The translations under genes and the position numbers were made by a program. Below are positions 55,075 to 64,000 of a stretch of 64,000 nt of DNA, piece by piece (position 1 is the first letter of the stretch; each line of letters opens with the position of its first letter). Source of the DNA: Octopus vulgaris (lineage: Eukaryota); the NCBI GenBank assembly GCA_951406725.2, contig OX597824.1:79918001-79982000 (forward strand), read 5' to 3'. The notes beneath the pieces are model-generated. The model did no database searches and was not told the origin of the DNA. It saw nothing but the letters and a program-made list of their open reading frames with translations.

Positions 55075-55556
55075 GAGCGGTAGTGATGTTGGGAATTTTT
55101 GAATATTTTTCAATTCGGAAGTAAAGTTAAAGGAAGATGAGACTTGAAGATAACAAAGAGAGGAAGAAGAAGAACAACAGAAAACAAAAAAAAAAAACTA
55201 AAACAAAAGAAATAGGGGACTGAGAAAAGATGAGAAAAAAAACAATTTGAAATAAATAATAAAGTACAAGAAGGCAAGCACACAAATAAAATGTCTTCTT
55301 GTCTTCTTTTTGATAGGGATGAAATTATACATAAAAGTTGCAGTCGCACACTCACACACGCACGCACACACACATATTCACACACAAGCACACACACATA
55401 TGCATGTATATATATATATATATGATATATTATATATATGCATCTTGCCTATCGATTTATATCTTAATAAAGATACATATGTATATGCATAATATATATA
55501 TACATACATATTTATATATCTATATATATATACGTATGCACATACGTATGTATGCT

Positions 55557-55685
<129 letters not shown>

Positions 55686-55687
55686 AC

Positions 55688-55778
<91 letters not shown>

Positions 55779-56494
55779 ACAATTTTATAAGCATATAAGC
55801 CTATATGTATAATATATTAATGATGTATTCACATCTTATGTATTATATCTATATGCGTCTGTGTATATATATATATATAGACACACACACGCACACACAC
55901 ACACACACACATATATATAATGTGCAGTGGTGGAGTAAAAGAGGGAAGGAGTGTTGTTGGAGACAAACCCACTTCCGTTTTGCCGTTTCGTTCACAATAT
56001 GGCATCATCGCAGAGCACTAAAATAACAACAACAACAACAACAACGACAACAGCAACAACAACAACAACAACAACAGCAACAACAATAATAACGAAGCAG
56101 CTGAAGGATTTAAGAAGGAACACCATGGGTTTTTGAAACGTATCAACAAAACAAAGAACATGAAACGACAACAAGAACAGCAACAACAGTTGAAATTGTA
56201 AACCAAACATAAATATAAGAAAAAGACCCGCAGTTTTTCAATGTCTAAAAGCAGAGTTTTCTTTAATATATTTCCCTCTTGTTTCTAGGTAGGGTTTTTT
56301 TCCCTTTTTTTTTTGTTTTTTGTTTTTGTTTGGTATTTCTTTTGTTTGTTTTTTATTTTCATCGACCTTCTGGTTCTCCCTCATTCTCTTTCTCTTCCTT
56401 TTATGTACCTTCGATTTTGCTTTCATCTATGTTTTTACTTTTCTTTTTAAAGTCCGTTCCGCTGCTTTCTCTCTTTCATTTCTTTCTTCCACTA

Positions 56495-56503
56495 ATAATA
56501 GTA

Positions 56504-56574
<71 letters not shown>

Positions 56575-56679
56575 AATAACAACAACAACAACAACAACAA
56601 CAATAATAATGATAATAATAATAATAATAATAACAATAATAACAATAATAATAATAATGATGATAATAATAATAATAAT

Positions 56680-56715
<36 letters not shown>

Positions 56716-56901
56716 CAAATACTACAACTAATAATGATGATGATGATGATTATGATGATAATAATGGCAATAACAGCAATAACAATATTATTAATAATGT
56801 AATAGTAATAATAACGTGATGATGATGATGATGATAGTGGTGGTAGTGGTGGTGGTGGTAGTGGTATGGTGGTGGTGGTGGTGATAGAAGTATGGTGGTG
56901 G

Positions 56902-56932
<31 letters not shown>

Positions 56933-57082
56933 GATGATAGTAGTGACGATGATGACGATGTTGACGATGATGATGTCGATGATGATTCGGACCATGATGA
57001 TGATGATGATGATGATGGTGGTGGTGGATGTGGTGGTGGTGGTGATGATGACGACGATGATGATGACGATGATGATGATGAC

Positions 57083-57113
<31 letters not shown>

Positions 57114-57240
57114 ATGATGGTAATCATGACGGTGATGATGATGATGGTAATGATGATGGTGGTGATGATGATGGTGATGATGATGGTAATGATGATGATG
57201 GTGATAATGATGATGATGGTGATGATGATGATGATAACAA
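56495..57240. repeat. (GAT)n/(AAT)n/(GGT)n trinucleotide field
   Basis: Direct inspection. Confidence 0.95.
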
Positions 57241-57479
57241 TATGAATTGTTTGAAGGCAAGCAATATTAGGTTGAGAGCTTAGTCGACCACAGAGACTCC
57301 AGTATTTGACAGGTACCTTATTTTATCGACCCCGGCGGGATTTGAGTTCAGAACAAACATAAAGAGCCAGAAGAAATGCCGCTGAGCGCGTTGTTCGACG
57401 CGCTAACGAATTTTGCCCGTTCGCTACATTAACAACAATAACAGCAACAACAGCCATGGGAAAATCCCCCTTCCCTCAC

Positions 57480-58376
57480 TGCCGTCTACACTCCCACCAC
57501 GAAGCAGATGCCCGTCGATGTACAACTGCTGGTAGTTCAACAAACACATGCTAGCCTACCCAATTCCTCTGACATACTCCTTTACACTGATAGATCGACT
57601 AGTGAAGGCACAACCAATGGCGGCGGGGTGTGCTGGTGTTGATACACGATGCGGTGCTCCACGACGGCACGCCTTGTCTAGTGCTCACAGCAGCTCATTC
57701 TACTCTGAGAAAGCAGCATTTAACGAAGCCCTCCGGTCGCTACAGGTCAATGACAACTGGGCCTCCGCAGCTATAGTTTGTGATTGTAAATCATTGGTTT
57801 TGAGGCGGTAGACAACCCGTTACCCCCAGACCAGACAATTAGAGAATTGCAACAAACAGCAGCGCTAGTAGCAGCTGGCAAGATTTTGACGGTGATCTGG
57901 GTGCCGGGCCATTGCAACCTCCGCGGCAATGTACTCGCAATATGCAGGCGAAATGTGGCTGGGCGCTGCCACAACCAGATACCGCCATCGATACAGCTAT
58001 TCGTCAGGCGGTTATTCGTCGAACGTTCCAGCCAACGCCAATTGAACACCCCCGTCTGAAGGAAGTGTTACCGAAGAAGCTGGATGAAAGAACTGAAGCA
58101 GCCCTCTCGAAGGCAGACTTCACAGACATGATACGCTTCCGTAGTGGTCATCATCCGGCACTCAGGCGGTGGCAAAAGATGGCAGGACGCAGCGACACAG
58201 ATCAATGCAGACTCTGTAACGAGGAGGTGGAATATGCAGAACGCCTCTGGCTGAGATGTCCGGCCCTGATGGTGGAACGCTATATCAGCCAACTAGGGGC
58301 TACAATGGATGAGATGATTCGTCTCCCTTCCGCGGCTCTAGCGCTTCTGGGAGTTATCCTCAGGCGCTTGAGTTGA
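57480..58376 (+). mobile_element. I/Ingi-like non-LTR relic: RNase H and C-terminal Cys knuckle
   Basis: SSFYSEKAAFNEAL...IVCDCKSL...VIWVPGHCNLRGNVLA (RNase H), then FRSGHHPAL...CRLCNEEVEYAERLWLRCPAL. Frameshifted; ends in a (CAC)n/(CAA)n tail. Confidence 0.88.
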
Positions 58377-58454
58377 CCACCACCACCACCACCACCACCA
58401 CCACCACTACCACTAATAACAACAACAGCAAAAACAATAACGACTATATGAACA

Positions 58455-59960
58455 ATGTTTTCTTTATTAGCCACTAAATGGTTCGCGAAAAATGTTGGAA
58501 ACAGCACAGGACAATAAAAGAAGCGTGAGAAAATGAACAAAGCAAAATAAATTCTAATAATGAATAATTCTTCAAAAGGAGGAACTTTCCTAGGAATTCC
58601 AACAAAACCATGGTCACTCTAAGCACAAGGGCAAGTACCCCCTCTCGTCTTCCTTCAATCTACTGATGCAGACTAAGAATGGTTCATTCGGACCATTTTT
58701 GCCACATTTACCCACGTTCCACAAAATTGTTGGAAGTCTGCATTTACCTCTACACCCCCACTTTTCTTCCCAAATGAAACTTGAAGGGTTGATGAAATCT
58801 TGGTCGCTAGAAGTTTGGTTCACCACACAACTTCTTTTGCTAAGGCAGTTAGACAGATAAAAACTGCCCGTCCTTCCCGGCCAATGAAAGGCGGTGGGAC
58901 GATCTCCACAATTGACTCAGCTGAGAGTTAGATTCGTCCTACATGCAACAGAAGGTGTTCGACATAAACGCACAAGTCAGCAATGCTCGGGCACTGGGCG
59001 TGACCTGGCAGAAAAGTTTCGTCGCTCTGTGATCATCTCAGGCAGAGCTGACTGACTAGGGTATAACTCGAAACGGCAATGTCCTTCGGGAGGACTGCCA
59101 GGCCAAAGATTTTCTCAATAGAGGCTCTAGAGTCAGAACATATAGAAGACACAAGAGGGGACAACCTTGATGGATCGAGCGCGTAATATTATATGGTTTC
59201 CAAGGCGGCGAGCTGGCACAAATGCTTAGCGGTATTTCGTCTGTCGTTACGTTCTGAGTTCAAATTCCACCGAGGTTGACTTTACCTTTCATCCTTTCGG
59301 AGTCGATTAAATAAGTACCAGTTACGCACTGGGGTCGATATAATCGACTTAATCCGTTTGTCTGTCCTTGTTCGTCCCTTCTGTGTTTAGCCCCTTGTGA
59401 GTAGTAAAGAAATAGGTATTTTGTTGAAATGCATAGCGGTATTTTGTCTATCTTTACGTTCTGAGTTCAAATTCCGCCGAGGTCGACTTTGCCTTTCATA
59501 TTTTCGTGGTCGATGAATTAAGTACCAATTGCATATTGGGGTCGATCTAATCGACTGGCCCCCTCCCCCAAAATTTTGAACCTTGTGCCTAGAGAAGAAA
59601 AGAATATTAAATGGTTTCCGTAGGCAACTATTTACCAGAACAACCGAGCAGATATCGCTGTACATTGCGGCAAAACACACGCAGAAGACGTGATCGAAAC
59701 TAGCCGCTATGAGAACCTATCGACGCATGAGAACCTATCGAACCTATCGATGCATTTTGATTTATCCAAATTGATAAGGGCCCCAATCATGTCACGCTCT
59801 TTAACTTACCTTTCTTTGACGTATCACATGAGACGGTAGTTGTCGGGTTTAGCTATGTCCGGAATGTTGCTACGTTATGCCTCCTCCATTCGGTCCCACC
59901 GAGCAGCTTTCGCTCCCTCGTGTCTTAGAGAATGCGCTTTAACTCTAACAATTTAACCTT
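58455..59960 (-). mobile_element. L1/Tx1-type LINE relic (RT motifs and zf-RVT C-terminus, internal deletion)
   Basis: Minus: GALINLDKSKCIDR...AAMYSDICSVVLVN..LRKPFNI, then a SINE, then TRSIHQGCPLLCLLYVLTLEPLLRK, a deletion, and AWQ...CLR*SQSDET...QCPSIADL.VYVE...AKEVVW. Confidence 0.85.
59203..59602 (+). mobile_element. SINE family B dimer inserted in the Tx1 relic
   Basis: 17-bp TSD aatatta(t/a)atggtttcc at 59185-59201 and 59603-59619 encloses both monomers. Confidence 0.92.
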
Positions 59961-59994
59961 CGCGCTTAGCACTGAAGAACTGAAGGATGTTAGT

Positions 59995-60335
59995 CGATGA
60001 ATTTTAGTCGAACGAATCGACCGTTGACCTTATTCCTTTGAAGCCTGGTACTTATTCAGCCGGTCTCTTTTGCCGAACCATTATGTTCCGTGGACGTAAA
60101 CAAACCAACACTGTTTGTCAAGTGGTTTTGGGAGACAAACAAAAACAGAAAGAAACAAATACACACATACGTCCATACATATATACATACACAAAGACAT
60201 GCGCACGCACACACACACACACACACAACATGATTTAAGTTTCCGTCTATGATATTCATTCACTATGCTTCGGTTGGTTCGAGGCTATAGTGGCAGACAC
60301 TTGACCAGGGTGCCACGCAGCAGGTCTGAATCGAC
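59995..60335 (-). mobile_element. SINE family C, diverged
   Basis: Reverse-complement match. Confidence 0.8.
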
Positions 60336-60372
60336 CGCATGACTCATAGGACAAGCAACAACCTGCCTTTTA

Positions 60373-60414
<42 letters not shown>

Positions 60415-60421
60415 TGTTGTG

Positions 60422-60921
60422 ACACCCATCGGTCATGAGTGACCATGGGTTTGCACCTAGAAAATTACCCTCCGAGGAACAAGTCTGGGCAAGGTTGTTT
60501 ATGGAAGACCAGCAGTCGCCCATGCATACCAGCCTCCTCTCTCCACGCCAGCGATGTTATCCAAGGGAAAGGCAACAGCAGATACAGCTTGGCACCAATG
60601 ACGTCGCAGCTCATTTATTAACGTGCAAGTGGCCGAGCACTCCACAGACACGTGTGCCCTTAACGTAGTTCTCGGGGAGATTCAGCGTGAAATAGAATAT
60701 GACAAGTCTGGCTCTTTAAAATACAGATACAACAGAAACAGGAAGAGAGAGCGAGAGAAAGTTGTGGTAAAAGAGTACAGCAGGGTTCACCACCACTCCT
60801 GCCGGAGCCTCGAGGAGTTTTTAGGTGTTTCCGCTCAATAAACACTCACAACGCCCGGTCTGGGAATTGAAACCGCGATCCTACGACCGCGAGTCCACTG
60901 CCGTAACCACTGGGCCATTGT
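60422..60921 (-). mobile_element. Chimeric SINE: family A 5' and body joined to family D 3' half
   Basis: 60617-60921 is family A up to cacttgcacgttaat; 60422-60616 is family D from aaatgagctgcgacgtca to its 3' end. Confidence 0.8.
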
Positions 60922-60924
60922 AAA

Positions 60925-61434
60925 TTAGCGGTTCGACTAAAGAGACCGATAGAATAAGTACTAGGCTTACAAAGAGTAAGTCCTGGCGCCGATTTGTTCG
61001 CTTAAAGCACGTGCTCCAGCATGGCCGCAGTCAAATGACTGAAACGAATAAAAGAATAAAAGAATATATACATACGTAGACATATAACTGTATCTATTTA
61101 TCTATACACACATATACACACATACAGAGACAGAGAGAGAAAGACAGGAAGAAATACATTGAGCAATAGATAGACAGATAGCTATGCGTATATAAACTCT
61201 TTCACTCTTTTACTTGTTTCAGTCATTTGACTGTGGCCATGCTAGAACACCGCCTTTAGTCGAGCAAATCGTCCTCTGGACTTATTCTTTGTAAGCCTAG
61301 TATTTATTCTATCGGTCTCTTTTGCCTAAACGCTAAGTTACGGGGATGTAAATACACCAGTATCGGTTGTCAAGTAATGCTAGGGAGACAAACGCAGACA
61401 CAAAAACATGCACTCACATATTATAAATTATATA

Positions 61435-61469
<35 letters not shown>

Positions 61470-61503
61470 ACCATCACACACATACACACACATATCATAT
61501 ATT

Positions 61504-61546
<43 letters not shown>

Positions 61547-61957
61547 GGGCTCCTAAATAAGGATAAATTTACCCCTTTTTTTGTGTCCCTACCACTTGGC
61601 ATCCTTATTTAGGAGCCCTTAATTGTATTTCTACATAATATTTTTCTATATGAATAATATTTTGTCTAATGACTAATTCGTCCTTTGTGCTGGGCCACTG
61701 GTAGTAATCTATATTATTACCCTTTTGATTATATATATATATATATATATATCAACCGCATGGTTCTAGGTTCAGTCCCACTGCATGGCACCTTGGGCTT
61801 CTTACAGTTTCCGTCTACTAAATCCACTCACAAGGTTCTGGTCGGCCCAAGGCTTATAGTAGAAGACACTAGCCGAAGGTGCCACGCAGTGGAACTGAAC
61901 CCGGAACCATGTGGTTCGTAAACATGACACTTACCACACAGCCACTCCTACGCCTAA
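60925..61957. mobile_element. Cluster of SINE-C fragments in both orientations
   Basis: 60925-61045 (+, 3' end), 61196-61415 (-, 3' half) and 61752-61957 (head pieces in both orientations). Confidence 0.8.
61541..61624. repeat. Perfect 24-bp inverted repeat with 36-nt spacer
   Basis: aattaagggctcctaaataaggat (61541-61564) and atccttatttaggagcccttaatt (61601-61624). Confidence 0.9.
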
Positions 61958-62483
61958 CCTATGTTTATACTGCATATATATTTTTGCTTGTGTGTGTTGG
62001 GAAAGAACGAGGAGGCCTGAGAGGGAGTCAGACAGAGGAATGGAATCAGATTAGAAAGTCAATTACAAGATGCCATTTCATTGGCTTCGAGACCCTTACA
62101 AGACTGATCCCTCTTTCTGTCTCTCCTCATTCTCTCTCCCTTACACTCTGCAAATCACCGCAGTCTTAGCCTGTGGCTTGAAAAATCCTGCCAACGTTTC
62201 TTCTCTCCGAATTATATAAACTCCATTAAGGAGTTTATATAACTCAGTAGAAAGAGGATGATGGTCAAAGACAGCAATGGATGCGCTACATTTATTCATT
62301 TATTTGTTTGTTTGTCCATTTGTTTTTCTTATTTATTTATTTTGTTATTTAATCATTTATTTTCAATTTCGTGTTGCCGTCGCTCACGTCCTAGATAAAG
62401 CCGAGTCTCCTCATTGACCAACTTATTTCATCCATACATTCACTTGACAATTAGCACACAAACGCACACACACACACACACAT

Positions 62484-62517
<34 letters not shown>

Positions 62518-62880
62518 GCGGACAAACTCTCTCTCTCTCTCTCACTCACTCTCACATGTTTTTCCTCTCTATTTCTCCATTAAATCAAACGCTTCGAGAA
62601 ATGTTATACTCGTGATCAACTTCTGGGAAACGTACGCACGCATATATACGCACCGATATGCATACATACATACATACATACATACATACATACATACATG
62701 CATGCATACATGCATACATACATATATATACAGAAACACACACACACACACACGTACACACGTACACACACACAGGTACATATATTCATGTATACATACA
62801 CTTATATAAAATATGGCAACTAAACTGCTATATATATTACGCTTCTTATGCAACCTTATCGAACTCTCCTCTTAATCAAC

Positions 62881-63170
62881 ACCGCCGAAGCCACCATCAA
62901 TATCACCGCCGCCGCCACCATCACCATTACCGCCATCGCCGCAGCCGCCGCCGCCGCCGCCGTCGCCACCGACGCCGCCGCCACCGACGTCGCCGCCGCC
63001 ACTGACGTCGCCGCCGCCGCCGCCGCCACTGACGTCGCCGCCGCCGCCGCCGCCACTGACGTCGCCGCCACCACTGACGTCGCCGCCGCCACTGACGCCG
63101 CCGCCGCGGCCACCGACGCCACCGCCGCCACCGCTGCCGCCCCCACCGCTGCCGTCGCCACCACCACCTT
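62881..63170. repeat. GC-rich (GCC)n-derived minisatellite with recurrent gccactgacgtc
   Basis: Direct inspection. Confidence 0.9.
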
Positions 63171-63644
63171 ACTTCGCCATTTTTCTCGTTGTCGTCGTTG
63201 TCGTCATCGTTGTGCATGGCGTTCTCATCATCATCGTCATCATAATCATTATCATCCTCACCACCACCACCATCTAGGGTAACTTGCTTGGTGCAATTCC
63301 ATGGTCAGTGATGACCAAAGGAGGGAGGGTCTCCGCTCTCCATCCTTGTCACTTTAAAATATACTGATTTCTGTTTTTACCTTTACCGCATGAAAACCAT
63401 AATTAATCTATGTGACATATTAAATCTAATCATTCTATTACATCATCGAGCACAAAATATAAGCTGGTCAGTTTGCAGAATCATAAGAAATTTGGACAAA
63501 TGCATAACGGTAACAGTTCCATATCTTTGCTTTTTGATTTCCAATCCCTTCGTGGTCAACTTTGCTTTTAACTCTTCAGGAGACGGCAAATAATTTACTG
63601 TGATCTATTCTACTCTCTGTCTGTGTCTGTCTCTGTCTCTCCAT

Positions 63645-64000
63645 TGCTCTTCTTCTTCTTCTTCTTCTTCTTCTTCTTCTTCTTCTTCTTCTTCTTCTTC
63701 TTCTTCTTCTTCTTCTTCTTCTTCTTCTTCTTCTTCTTCTTCCTCCTCCTCCTCTCTTCTTCTTCTTCTTCTTCTTCTTCTTCTTCTTCTTCCATGTTTC
63801 TCTCTTTCTTCCTCTCTCTCTCTTCCTCTCTCTATCTTGCTCTCTCTCTCTCTTCCTCTCTTTCTTTTCCTTCTTCTTCTTCTTCTTCTTCTTCTTCTTC
63901 CACTTCTTTCTCTATATCTTCCTCTCTCTTCTTCTCTCTCTTCCTCTCTCTCTTCTTCTCTCACTTCTCCTCTCTCTTCCTCTCTCTCTTCCTCTCTCTC
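63645..64000. repeat. (TTC)n/(TC)n polypyrimidine tract
   Basis: Direct inspection. Confidence 0.95.

Noticed and set aside
57912-58376. 154-aa ORF as a host gene
   Set aside because: It is the frameshifted C-terminus of a non-LTR retrotransposon ORF2 downstream of RNase H.
62212-62242. 13-bp perfect hairpin ttatataaactcc-attaa-ggagtttatataa
   Set aside because: Real but short and AT-rich, with no context suggesting function; not a terminator in a eukaryotic setting.

Overview
AT-rich, microsatellite-saturated eukaryotic DNA, most consistent with intronic or intergenic sequence from an octopus (coleoid cephalopod); the organism call is inferred from repeat style. Almost all ORFs in the supplied track are translations of (TA)n, (TATC)n, (GAT)n, (ATT)n or (CA)n repeats or of SINEs, and I see no intact protein-coding gene. 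The window holds more than 35 copies of about 5 tRNA-derived SINE families, many with 11-19 bp target-site duplications. It also holds decayed LINE relics (Penelope-like, R4/Dong, Hero, RTE, L1/Tx1 and an RNase H-bearing I/Ingi-like element), Tc1/mariner, hAT and Helitron-like remnants, and several local duplications or inversions. The most striking signal is invisible to the ORF track: nine type I hammerhead-ribozyme motifs from about 8 unrelated short elements, mostly embedded in (TA)n tracts. Nearly all have a family-specific palindromic minimal stem III, which suits dimer cleavage. One has a compensatory G3:C8 core (GUGAACA) and one an A6U core. Weaker candidates are a minus-strand signal-peptide-like first exon (53254-53341) and a tandem pair of decayed C-type-lectin-like exons (about 0.3-2.8 kb). 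All structures and translations were read by eye; none was folded or searched computationally.
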